This document shows, in pieces, positions 36,350-45,394 of a stretch of 64,000 nucleotides of DNA. Every line of letters starts with the position of its first letter. Positions within the stretch are counted from its first letter, which is position 1. This DNA is from Deltaproteobacteria bacterium (lineage in GTDB: Bacteria; Desulfobacterota; Desulfobulbia; Desulfobulbales; Desulfurivibrionaceae), in NCBI GenBank assembly GCA_021847425.1, contig JAJZRF010000005.1, positions 13-64,012 on the forward strand, written 5' to 3'. The translations under genes were made by a program, and so were the position numbers. The notes under the pieces were generated by a model. That model was given only the letters and a program-made list of their open reading frames with translations. It searched no databases and was not told the DNA's origin.

Positions 36350-37678
36350 CTAAATCATTTTCCCCCGCAAGGAGTTCTGACAGGCACCCTCAATCTCCAC
36401 CATAAGCAACTGCCCAGACACCAACTTAGTTTCGCAGGAAAAATTCACAATCTGATTCCCACCGGTCCGACCGCTCCATTGATTGGCCGGAGCCTTGCTT
36501 GCCCCTTCCACCATAACCTCCACGCTCTTGCCGATCTCCGCCTGCTTAAGCGCAAGGGCGATCTCCTCCTGCCGCGCCTGCAAGCGGGCGAGCCGCTCGG
36601 TCTTGACCTCTTCGGCGACCTTGTCGGGAAAATCAGCTGCCTTGGCGTTGGGCCGGTCGGAATACTTGAAGGAATAAGCGCCGTGGTATCGCACCGTCTC
36701 CACCACCTGCATGGTGGCTCCAAAGTCATCGTCCGTTTCCCCTGGGAAACCCACGATGATATCGGTGGTCAGGGCGATGTCCGGCCTGTATTCCCGCAGC
36801 CTGGCCGCTTTGTCGAGATAGGCCTCGATGGTGTACTTGCGGTTCATGCGCTGCAGGATAGTGTTTGAGCCGGACTGAACCGGGAGATGGAAATGGGGGC
36901 AGAGCACGGGGATCTCGGCAAAACAACGCATCAGCTCTTCGGAAAGATCCTTGGGATGGGAAGAGGTGAAACGCAGCCGCTCCAAGCCGTCGATACCGGC
37001 CACCGCGCGCAGGAGTTCGGAAAAACTTTTGTTCTGCTTGGCGTCTCCTTTTTTTCCGTAGGAATTGACATTCTGGCCGATGAGGGTGATCTCCTTGACC
37101 CCTTGGCCTACGAGATGGGTCGCCTCGGCGAGGATATCATCAAAGTTCCGGCTGATCTCGCGGCCTCGGGTATAGGGCACCACGCAGTAGGTGCAGAAAT
37201 TATCGCACCCCTGCATGATGGTGATAAACCGTTTATGCGGGGTGGACTCCGCCAGGTTGGGCAGAAAGGGGGGGATGACAAAATCGGCGGAAAGATCCGT
37301 GGCCACCAGGGGCTTCTGGTTCCGGCGGAAAGCCGCCACCAGGGAGGGAAGGGTGTAGATCGACTGCGGACCCATGACGATATCGATATAGGGCATCCGC
37401 TCCAACAGGGCCGCGCCATCCTGCTGGGCCACGCACCCGGTCACGGCCAGGATGAGATTGGGGTGCGTCGCCTTGAGCTTCTTGTACCGGCCAAAGCAGC
37501 TGTACGCCTTGTGCGCGGCCTTGCCGCGGATACTGCAGGTGTTGACCACCACCACATCAGCCTGTTCGGGCTTATTGGTCCGGACATAGGAATGCTCGCC
37601 AAGAAGCTGAGCCATGATCTCGGAATCACGCTCATTCATCTGGCAGCCAAAGGTTTCCATGTAGAGAAGTTGTGTCAT
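36350..37678 (-). CDS. miaB: tRNA-2-methylthio-N6-dimethylallyladenosine synthase
   Basis: TFGCQMNERDSE, NTCSIR, GCVAQ, GCDNFCTYCVVPYTRG, LPVQSGS, TDIIVGFPGET, TRAM domain. Confidence 0.96.
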   Translation of the reverse strand: MTQLLYMETFGCQMNERDSEIMAQLLGEHSYVRTNKPEQADVVVVNTCSIRGKAAHKAYSCFGRYKKLKATHPNLILAVTGCVAQQDGAALLERMPYIDIVMGPQSIYTLPSLVAAFRRNQKPLVATDLSADFVIPPFLPNLAESTPHKRFITIMQGCDNFCTYCVVPYTRGREISRNFDDILAEATHLVGQGVKEITLIGQNVNSYGKKGDAKQNKSFSELLRAVAGIDGLERLRFTSSHPKDLSEELMRCFAEIPVLCPHFHLPVQSGSNTILQRMNRKYTIEAYLDKAARLREYRPDIALTTDIIVGFPGETDDDFGATMQVVETVRYHGAYSFKYSDRPNAKAADFPDKVAEEVKTERLARLQARQEEIALALKQAEIGKSVEVMVEGASKAPANQWSGRTGGNQIVNFSCETKLVSGQLLMVEIEGACQNSLRGKMI

Positions 37679-37743
37679 TCTTAATACGTTACCTTAACTA
37701 TATTAATATGCTCGCACCGCCATTAGCATCCGGGCATGACTTA

Positions 37744-37977
37744 CTAACTGCCCAAATATTCCAACCTGAGCCGTTGGGCCAGACTCTGCAACACGTGCTT
37801 CACATCCTGCTCCAACTCAGGGGGATATTTCAGTTCCATCACCCCCTCGCTTTGGTCCACGGTGGACATGATCGTCAGATTATCATAACCTTCAAGGATA
37901 AATTTCAGAAAATAGATCTGTTCCGGGTCAATGCGAATCCGGCAACTGGCCAGGGAACTTGCCGTTGCGTCCATCAT
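37744..37977 (-). CDS. Small conserved protein (DUF4911-like)
   Basis: RIDPEQIYFLKFILEGYDNL..MSTVD; in operon between purB and miaB. Confidence 0.7.
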   Translation of the reverse strand: MMDATASSLASCRIRIDPEQIYFLKFILEGYDNLTIMSTVDQSEGVMELKYPPELEQDVKHVLQSLAQRLRLEYLGS

Positions 37978-39419
37978 ACGGACAGGGCGGAATCAATGCC
38001 GCCGAGGATATCCTTATATTGGGCAAGCCGGGGCATGACAACCTCATCGAGGAATTCATCGGTCTGCTGCGGCGCTCGGCCGACAAACTCGCTGCCGTCA
38101 CCGACCAGCTCCTTGAGCTCCTGCACGGTAAAGGGCACAGCCGGATCATTGGCAAGCCGAACGAGCAGATCGTTTTCCTTGCCTTCTTCCTTCACCACCT
38201 TGCCCGCGGCTACCGAATGGACCTTGATCACCTCGTGCATCTCCTGACGGCTCTTTCCTTTCTCCACGCAGGCCATGAGAATCTTCTCCGTAGCCATGAA
38301 GGGGAGCTCCTGGGCAAGATGACGTCTAATTTGTTTCGGGTAGACAACCATTCCCTGAGAAACATTAAGAAACAACTTTAAGATTGCGTCGGTGAGCAGG
38401 AAGCCTTGTGGAATATCCATGCGCCGGATGGCCGAATCGTCCAGGGTCCGTTCAAACCATTGATTGGCGTAGGTTGCGCCGAAATTGCCCACCAGACCCA
38501 TGAGCTTTCTCGCCAAGCCGGTCATCCGTTCGGAACGCATGGGGTTGCGCTTGTAGGCCATGGCCGAGCTGCCAACCTGATTCTTCTCGAAGGGCTCTTC
38601 CTGAACCTTGAGATTGCTGAGCAACCGCAGATCCACGGCAAACTTGTGGGCGGTTGCGCCGATGCCAGCCAGGGTTTCCACGGTCTTCATGTCGAGCTTG
38701 CGGGTATAGGTCTGCCCGGTAACGGCAAAAATATCGGAAAATCCGAGCTTTTTAGCGACAAGCTCATCAAGTTTACGAACCTTATCGTGATCCCCTTTGA
38801 ACAGCTCGATAAAGGTGGCCTGGGTGCCGACCGTGCCCTTGACGCCCCGCGCCTTGATCTGCGATTCAAGGTATTCAAGGTAGTCAAGATCCATAAGGAG
38901 ATCCTGAATATACAGGGTGTTGCGCTTGCCAACCGTGGTGGGCTGGGCCGGCTGATAGTGGGTGTAACCCAGGGTTGCCAGACCCTTATGCTGGCGACAG
39001 AATCCAGCCAGGTTGGCAATGACATTGACCAAACTCTTCTTGATGAGCTGCAGACCCTTTTTCTGGAGAAGCAGATCGGTGTTGCACCCGACAAACTGCG
39101 AGGTTGCGCCGAGATGGATGATCGGCTCGGCAGTAGGGCACTTCAGTCCGTAGGCGTAGACATGGGCCATGACATCATGGCGGATCTCCTTTTCCTTGGC
39201 CGAGGCCACCTCGAAATCGATATCCGTGGCATGGGCCCGCAATTCATCGAGCATACCGCTGGTTACGAGATCGGTAAGACCCAACTCATGCTGGCCCTCG
39301 GCCAGGGCGATCCAACAGCGACGCCAGGTTTCAAACTTGGTGCGTTCGGAAAAAAGCTCCTGCATCTCGCGGCTGGTGTAGCGGCTAACCAAGGGCTCCT
39401 GATAGATATCACGATTCAT
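37974..39419 (-). CDS. purB: Adenylosuccinate lyase
   Basis: YQEPLVSRY, RHDVMAH, IHLGATS, GYTHYQPAQ, GSSAMAYKRNP, WFERTLDDSA; start trimmed to MNRD. Confidence 0.96.
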   Translation of the reverse strand: MNRDIYQEPLVSRYTSREMQELFSERTKFETWRRCWIALAEGQHELGLTDLVTSGMLDELRAHATDIDFEVASAKEKEIRHDVMAHVYAYGLKCPTAEPIIHLGATSQFVGCNTDLLLQKKGLQLIKKSLVNVIANLAGFCRQHKGLATLGYTHYQPAQPTTVGKRNTLYIQDLLMDLDYLEYLESQIKARGVKGTVGTQATFIELFKGDHDKVRKLDELVAKKLGFSDIFAVTGQTYTRKLDMKTVETLAGIGATAHKFAVDLRLLSNLKVQEEPFEKNQVGSSAMAYKRNPMRSERMTGLARKLMGLVGNFGATYANQWFERTLDDSAIRRMDIPQGFLLTDAILKLFLNVSQGMVVYPKQIRRHLAQELPFMATEKILMACVEKGKSRQEMHEVIKVHSVAAGKVVKEEGKENDLLVRLANDPAVPFTVQELKELVGDGSEFVGRAPQQTDEFLDEVVMPRLAQYKDILGGIDSALSV

Positions 39420-39572
39420 GACTATCTCCATATCTCTAACTAATGTGATTCGGTTCGCTTTAGAGCACCCGAAAATATCGGCTTCATTAACAGCGAATTC
39501 TTTACCAAGAAAACAGAAAAAATGCTCGTGAAAGGGGGCCTGTGGCAGATGCAAGTTTTACCTCAATACACA

Positions 39573-39600
39573 ACGTCGCATAATGTATATTATGTATACT
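39573..39600 (+). other. Putative chromosomal dif site (XerCD recombination)
   Basis: ACGTCGCATAA-TGTATA-TTATGTATACT versus E. coli dif GGTGCGCATAA-TGTATA-TTATGTTAAAT; intergenic, AT-rich surroundings. Confidence 0.8.
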
Positions 39601-39619
39601 AAAATAAAATTAAATAAAA

Positions 39620-41371
39620 TCAGGGTGGTATCTTCTTGAAATCAACCGCCTCCACCTGCCAGCTGGTTTTATTGCGGTAACTGTTACGGCGGAGCCTGAA
39701 CGCCACTCCCAGGAGCTGCCCATTCCCGATAAGGCTTTGAAAATCACCCAGACCGAAACCAATGCTGTCCAGAATCGCCCCGTTGAAACGCACGCTGAAT
39801 TTTAAATGATTGATGCCAACCTCACGGGGATTCTCCGGTATTCCCTGGGCACTGAAAACCGGCTCCGGATTGCCCATGCCGAACGGCGCCATCTTTTCAT
39901 ACATCTGCAAGAATCCCTGTTCAAAGATGCTGCCGTTTTCTTCATGCCAGGCGATGCCGACCTTGGGCACAAGCATCGTCTCCGTTACGATCTCGTCGAG
40001 GCGCCTCTGAAAATGCTCTTCAAGTTCAAGCATTTTCTCAACAGGCAGAGTCAGCCCCACAGCGGCTTCGTGCCCGCCAAAGGCCGTGAAAAGCTCAGAC
40101 TTCTCCTTAAGTATTCCGTACAGATTCACTCCGGGCACCGATCTGCCGGAGCCCTTTGCCATGCCATCCTGAAGCGCAAAAAACAGCGCAGGCCGGTTAA
40201 ATCTCTCCACCATTCTGGCCGCGCCAATGCCGATCACCCCGGGATGCCAGCGTTCCCCCTTGATAATGAGCCCTTTTTTGCCGGCTTTTACAGCAGTTTC
40301 CGCCTGGATAAACGCCTCCTGGCACATTGCCTCAAGCACGGATTTCCGCAGATCGTTTTCAGTGTTCAATTCATGGGCAAGCTCCATGGCGCGGGTATGA
40401 TCCTCTGCCACCAGCAGCTCCAGAGCCCGCCCGGCATCCCCCATTCGCCCGGCCGCATTGAGGCGGGGCCCGAGGCGATAGCCGATATCCTCACAGCTGA
40501 CCCCGGCGCCGGCAATGCCTGACACCCTGTTGAGCTCGGCAATGCCGGGCCGGACGGATGCGGCCAATACTTCAAGCCCTGCTTTAACCAGAACACGATT
40601 TATCCCTGTTATCGGGACCATATCCGCCACGGTGCCAATGGCGACCAGGTCAAGATAGGCTTTGAGATTGGGAATCTCCTGCCCCGGTCCTGCTCCATAC
40701 TGCCCCTGCTCATGGAGCGTTTTCCTGATTCCCATGGCCAGATAAAAAGCAACCCCGACCCCGGCCAGAATCTTCTCCGGAAACCCGCACTCGTTTTGCT
40801 GCGGGTCCAACACCGCTTCCGCCTGGGGCAATGTTTCCGGCGTTTGATGGTGATCCGTAACAATGACCTGGCAACCGAGATCCTGCAACTGTTGCACCTG
40901 AATATGATTTGAGATGCCGCAATCAACGGTAATTACCAGGGGAGCTCGATCCAGCACACCAGGCGGCACGGTTCGCCGGATCGCCTCAAGATGCAGGCCG
41001 TACCCATCAAGTAAACGATGAGGTTGGCACGTGTAACTCTCTGAAAAACCGATTTTCTTCAGAAATAGAAAAAGGAGAGCTACGCCGGTGGTGCCATCGA
41101 CATCATAGTCTCCATAGACAATCGCCGGGGCCTGCCGGGCAAGGGCCTGCAAGACAACCGCCACCGCCTCCTTCATCCCCTTCATGAGAAAGGGCGAAGG
41201 CAGATCGGCAAGGGAGGGAGAGAAAAACCGTTCCGCCTGGGCCCGGGTTTCCACGCCTCTGCCAAGCAGAATTGCCGCAAGCGGTTTGGGCAGGTCAAGT
41301 TCTTTTGCCAGAATACTTACGCGCTCGTGGTCAATGGGAGCTATCTCCCAGATTTTTTCAACTCTGGTCAA
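39620..41371 (-). CDS. recJ: Single-stranded-DNA-specific exonuclease RecJ
   Basis: YGDYDVDG, DGYGL, TVDCGI, TDHH, AIGTVAD, PRLNAAGR, GSGRS, GGHEAAVG. Confidence 0.95.
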   Translation of the reverse strand: MTRVEKIWEIAPIDHERVSILAKELDLPKPLAAILLGRGVETRAQAERFFSPSLADLPSPFLMKGMKEAVAVVLQALARQAPAIVYGDYDVDGTTGVALLFLFLKKIGFSESYTCQPHRLLDGYGLHLEAIRRTVPPGVLDRAPLVITVDCGISNHIQVQQLQDLGCQVIVTDHHQTPETLPQAEAVLDPQQNECGFPEKILAGVGVAFYLAMGIRKTLHEQGQYGAGPGQEIPNLKAYLDLVAIGTVADMVPITGINRVLVKAGLEVLAASVRPGIAELNRVSGIAGAGVSCEDIGYRLGPRLNAAGRMGDAGRALELLVAEDHTRAMELAHELNTENDLRKSVLEAMCQEAFIQAETAVKAGKKGLIIKGERWHPGVIGIGAARMVERFNRPALFFALQDGMAKGSGRSVPGVNLYGILKEKSELFTAFGGHEAAVGLTLPVEKMLELEEHFQRRLDEIVTETMLVPKVGIAWHEENGSIFEQGFLQMYEKMAPFGMGNPEPVFSAQGIPENPREVGINHLKFSVRFNGAILDSIGFGLGDFQSLIGNGQLLGVAFRLRRNSYRNKTSWQVEAVDFKKIPP

Positions 41372-41433
41372 AGGAACACCTCTTGTTTTACTTTATATTT
41401 TTATTGTAATAAGTTGGACTGGCGAAGCTATTC

Positions 41434-41997
41434 TTACTTTTTGTGTGCCTGACGCTGAGTCGCTGCATCGGGGTCGCCAAGAATGCCAAACCCCCTGATG
41501 ATGTAATGGACTCCCGAGAGGATGGTGAATCCCGCTGTGGCATAAATCAGATAGATTCCCACGGGGAAAATGGGCTGGAAATAGTCATGGCCAAGATAAT
41601 ACACCACGGTGAGCAGCTGCAGGAAGGTTGTCACCTTGCTGACCAGGGAGGGTTTTATCTTGAAATCGCGGTCATAGAGCATGAGAATGCCGATTCCCCC
41701 GCAGATGAGAACATCCCTGCTCACCACGATCACGGCCAGCCATTTCGGCAAAATGCCCAGCACAGCCAGGGTGATGTAGGAAGTGATCAGCAGCAGTTTG
41801 TCGGCAATGGGATCAATAAAAGCGCCGAAATCGGTTTTCTGTTTCAGCACCCTGGCCAGAAACCCGTCCAGGGCATCGGTAACCCCGGCCAGGACGAAAA
41901 CCCAGAAGGCGGCAAGCTCCCTGCCGTCAAGCAGGAAGATGACCAGGAGGGGGATCAGCAGAATCCTGGCGATGGTGAGAAAATTAGGGATGTTCAT
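41434..41997 (-). CDS. pgsA: CDP-alcohol phosphatidyltransferase (PgsA-like)
   Basis: NIPNFLTIARI, TDALDGFLAR...TDFGAFIDPIADK, SKVTTFLQ. Confidence 0.8.
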   Translation of the reverse strand: MNIPNFLTIARILLIPLLVIFLLDGRELAAFWVFVLAGVTDALDGFLARVLKQKTDFGAFIDPIADKLLLITSYITLAVLGILPKWLAVIVVSRDVLICGGIGILMLYDRDFKIKPSLVSKVTTFLQLLTVVYYLGHDYFQPIFPVGIYLIYATAGFTILSGVHYIIRGFGILGDPDAATQRQAHKK

Positions 41998-42004
41998 ACA
42001 CTGC

Positions 42005-42961
42005 TCATTTTCCTTGGGCTCCGGCAAGAAACGCCTCGACGCAGTCAAAAATCGCCGGAGTATCGGTGGGCCCAAACCAACGGATCTGCGGATCGCTGCC
42101 AAACCAGGTCATCTGCCGTTTGGCATAGCGCCGGGTATCCCGGGCCAGCTGAAAAAGGGTCTCGTCCCAGTCCCACTGGCCCTGGATAAACTGGAGCATG
42201 TGCCGGTAGCCGATGGACTGCATGGCTTTCAGGCTTGGATCATACCCCATGGCCAGCAATTTTTCCACCTCGGCAAGCAACCCCTCTGCAACCATCCGCT
42301 CCACCCGCAGGTTGATCCGTTCATAGAGCACGCTCCGTTCAGAGCGCAGGCCAAGCTGCAGCACCTTGGTCAAGGCGGGCCGGACCTGTTGCGCACGGAG
42401 ATGCTCGCTCCAGCTCCGGCCGGTGGCCTGGAAGATCTCCATAGCCCGCAACAAACGGTGGGTATCGTTGGGGTGGATGCGGCCGGCGGATTCGGGGTCG
42501 CAAAGGCTCAGCTCGGCAAAAAGCACCGCCCTTCCCTCTTCCGCCAGCCGTTGCCTGAGGCTGGCCCGCACCGTCTCCGGCACGGTGGGGATTTCAAACA
42601 GCCCTTCCAGTAAACTCTTAAGATACAACCCCGTGCCGCCGACCAGCAAGGGGCGGTTGCCCTGGTCGATGATCTGCCTGCAGGCCTTGGTGGCGTCCGC
42701 GACATAGCGGGCCACATGGTACTCCTCGTCCGGTTCGACCACATCGAGAAGATGATGGGGAACCCGGCCTCGCTCCCCGGCCGTGGCCTTGGCGGTGCCG
42801 ATGTCCATGTGCTTGTAAATCTGCATGGAATCGAGGCCGACGATCTCGCAGGAAAACCGCTCGGCCAGGGCGAGGGAGAGCGCGGTCTTGCCCACGGCCG
42901 TCGGGCCGATGAGGATAAGCACTGGTTCGGTAAGCGGCGATTCTGTGGCAGGCCCACCCAT
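42005..42961 (-). CDS. miaA: tRNA dimethylallyltransferase
   Basis: GPTAVGKT, DSMQIYKHMDIGTAK, VGGTGLY, SIGY, TRRYAKRQMTWF; exact start uncertain. Confidence 0.96.
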   Translation of the reverse strand: MGGPATESPLTEPVLILIGPTAVGKTALSLALAERFSCEIVGLDSMQIYKHMDIGTAKATAGERGRVPHHLLDVVEPDEEYHVARYVADATKACRQIIDQGNRPLLVGGTGLYLKSLLEGLFEIPTVPETVRASLRQRLAEEGRAVLFAELSLCDPESAGRIHPNDTHRLLRAMEIFQATGRSWSEHLRAQQVRPALTKVLQLGLRSERSVLYERINLRVERMVAEGLLAEVEKLLAMGYDPSLKAMQSIGYRHMLQFIQGQWDWDETLFQLARDTRRYAKRQMTWFGSDPQIRWFGPTDTPAIFDCVEAFLAGAQGK

Positions 42962-43000
42962 TGTCTTGCAGTACATCCTTATATATGACAAAGAAAAGAA

Positions 43001-43029
43001 TTGTTCTTCGGGCTGGCTTCCGGTACAAT
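43001..43029 (+). promoter_or_regulatory. Putative sigma70 promoter for serC
   Basis: TTGTTC-N17-TACAAT about 105 nt upstream of the serC ATG. Confidence 0.4.
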
Positions 43030-43135
43030 TACAAGTTTGCTATCCGTCCGGCTCGGGAGTGATCCGGGCCGGAAAAACCAGCATTATCAGCGAATACGAC
43101 ATCTATATACCATATATTCCACAAAGGAGAAGATC

Positions 43136-44218
43136 ATGCCCGAGAGAATTTACAACTTCAGCGCCGGACCGTCCACCCTCCCCGAGGAGGTTCTCGCCCA
43201 GGCTGCCAAGGACATTGTAAACTTCAACAACAAGGGCATGGGGCTCATCGAGATGAGTCACCGCTCCAAGGATTTTATCGCCGTGGCGGATGAGGCCGAG
43301 GCGAATCTCCGCGAGCTGATGAAGATCCCGTCCAACTACAAGGTGCTGTTCCTCCAGGGCGGCGCCTCCACCCAGTTCGCCATGATCCCCATGAACCTGC
43401 TGGGTCATGGCAAAACCGCCAGCTACCTGAACACCGGGGTCTGGGCCAAGAAGGCGATCAAGGAAGCCAAACTCTTCGGCAACATCCTGGTACCCTACAC
43501 CAGCGAGGAATCCACCTTCAACCATGTGCCCAAGGATACCGACTATACCGTTGATCCGGCGTCGGAATACCTCTACTTCGTGACCAACAACACCATCTAC
43601 GGCACCCAGTTTCCCAGCATGCCCAAGAGCGAGAAGATGCTCATCGCCGACATGTCCTCGGACATCCTTTCCCGCGAGTTCGACATCACCCCCTTCGGCC
43701 TGGTTTATGCCGGGGCACAGAAGAACATGGGGCCGGCCGGGGTAACGGTGGTCATCATCCGCGAGGACCTGTTGGCTCGCGCGCCGGAAAACCTGCCCAC
43801 CATGTTCAAGTACAAGACCCACGCGGACAACGGCTCCATGTTCAACACCCCGCCCTGCTTTGCCATCTACGTGGTGGGCTTGGTCCTGAAATGGCTCAAG
43901 AAACTCGGCGGCGTTGCGGCCATGGAGAAGATCAATAAAGAGAAGGCGGCCATCCTCTATGCGGCCATTGATGGAACCGATTTCTACCGGGGCCATGCCC
44001 TGCCCGGCTCCCGCTCGCAGATGAATATCACCTTCAACCTCTCCACCCCGGAGCTGGAGGCCCAGTTCATCAAGGAGGCCACGGCCAAGGGGATGGACGG
44101 CCTCAAGGGACACCGCTCCGTGGGCGGTTGCAGGGCGTCGATCTACAACGCCTTCCCCAAAGCCGGGGTAGAGGCGCTGGTTGGTTTCATGAAGGAATTC
44201 GAGAAGAAGAACAGCTGA
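43136..44218 (+). CDS. serC: Phosphoserine aminotransferase
   Basis: YNFSAGP, EMSHRS, FLQGGA, ADMSSD, YAGAQKNMGPAG, FNTPP, KGHRSVGGCRASIYNA; AAGGAG RBS. Confidence 0.97.
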   Translation: MPERIYNFSAGPSTLPEEVLAQAAKDIVNFNNKGMGLIEMSHRSKDFIAVADEAEANLRELMKIPSNYKVLFLQGGASTQFAMIPMNLLGHGKTASYLNTGVWAKKAIKEAKLFGNILVPYTSEESTFNHVPKDTDYTVDPASEYLYFVTNNTIYGTQFPSMPKSEKMLIADMSSDILSREFDITPFGLVYAGAQKNMGPAGVTVVIIREDLLARAPENLPTMFKYKTHADNGSMFNTPPCFAIYVVGLVLKWLKKLGGVAAMEKINKEKAAILYAAIDGTDFYRGHALPGSRSQMNITFNLSTPELEAQFIKEATAKGMDGLKGHRSVGGCRASIYNAFPKAGVEALVGFMKEFEKKNS

Positions 44219-44227
44219 TATTTAGTT

Positions 44228-44512
44228 GCCACGAAACCCACGAAAGGCACGAAAAATCAGCATCGTCCGCCTGGAACCTCGCAGACTGCAAGAAAGTCCC
44301 CTCTCCCCCTGCGGGAGAGGGCTAGGGTGAGGGGGAACATGCCGAATGTGATGCCTTTGGCAACTTCACCCACCCCTCAATCCCCTCCCGTCAAGGGAGG
44401 GGATGTCTAATGCAAAAAAAAACAACTAACAGGACACTGCGGACTTAACGGTACGATCAGCTGCGATGACGCAACCAATCGCCCAGCCATTTTTTCGTGA
44501 GTTTCGTGGCTA
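44228..44512. repeat. Inverted CACGAA nonamer arrays (44228-44256 and 44490-44512) bracketing the serC 3' intergenic region
   Basis: GCCACGAAACCCACGAAAGGCACGAAAAA ... TTTTTTCGTGAGTTTCGTGGCTA; same family as 35195-35221. Confidence 0.75.
44293..44404 (+). repeat. ~110-bp double-hairpin palindromic element, copy A (intergenic)
   Basis: CCCTCTCCC..GGGAGAGGGCTAGGGTGAGGGG-spacer-GCAACTTCACCCACCCCTC..CCCCTCCCGTCAAGGGAGGGG; homologous to 59543-59657 and 62445-62553. Confidence 0.88.
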
Positions 44513-44521
44513 ATCTCCCCT

Positions 44522-45394
44522 ATGCACTACGAAGGCGCCCACATCATCCGCCCGCCCAGCGAGGCGGACAGCATCATCCTCCAGGTGACGGTGGGCTGCT
44601 CCCATAACCAATGCACCTTCTGCGGCACCTATAATGAAGAACGCTTCCGCATCAAAGATCAGGCAATAGTCGAGGCGGACCTTGATTTTGCCGCCCAGTA
44701 CTGCACCAGACAGTCCCGGGTTTTCCTGGCCGACGGCGATGTGCTGGCCCTGAGCCAGCGCCGCCTGGTCGAACTGCTCACCAAGATCAGGCACCGGCTG
44801 CCCTGGGTGAACCGGGTCAGCCTCTACGGCAATGCCAAGGGTATCCGCAATAAAAGCGTTGCCCAACTCCTTGAGCTGAAAACGCTTGGGTTGCACCGGG
44901 TGTACATGGGGTTGGAGAGCGGCTTTGATCCGGTGCTTACGGCGATCAGCAAAGGTGCTGACTCCGCGGCCATGATCGAGGCGGGCCAGCGGGTTAAGGC
45001 GGCCAATCTTTTTCTCTCGGTCACGGCATTGCTCGGCATCGCAGGGACGGCGCTCTCCCTGGAACACGCCAGGGCCACCGGCCGGGTGCTCTCCGCCATG
45101 GAACCCAACCAGACCGGCATCCTCACCCTCATGCTGCTTGAAAATACCCCACTTTATCACCGTGAAAAAGCGGGAGAATTCGTGCTCCCAGATCAGCAGG
45201 GCATGTTGGCCGAGCTGCGCGCCATGGTGGAACATCTTACCCTGAAAAAAGGCCAGCTCCAGTCCAACCACGCCTCCAACTACCTGGCGATCAACGCCAG
45301 AATGCCCCGGGACAAAGAACCGGTGCTTGCGGCCATTGACCGCGCTCTGGCCGGACATACCCGACTGAAACCCGAGTACCTGAGAGCCCTGTGA
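44522..45394 (+). CDS. Radical SAM protein of unknown function
   Basis: IRPPSEA, GCSHNQCTFC, FLADGD, YMGLESG, SNHASNYL. Confidence 0.88.
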   Translation: MHYEGAHIIRPPSEADSIILQVTVGCSHNQCTFCGTYNEERFRIKDQAIVEADLDFAAQYCTRQSRVFLADGDVLALSQRRLVELLTKIRHRLPWVNRVSLYGNAKGIRNKSVAQLLELKTLGLHRVYMGLESGFDPVLTAISKGADSAAMIEAGQRVKAANLFLSVTALLGIAGTALSLEHARATGRVLSAMEPNQTGILTLMLLENTPLYHREKAGEFVLPDQQGMLAELRAMVEHLTLKKGQLQSNHASNYLAINARMPRDKEPVLAAIDRALAGHTRLKPEYLRAL

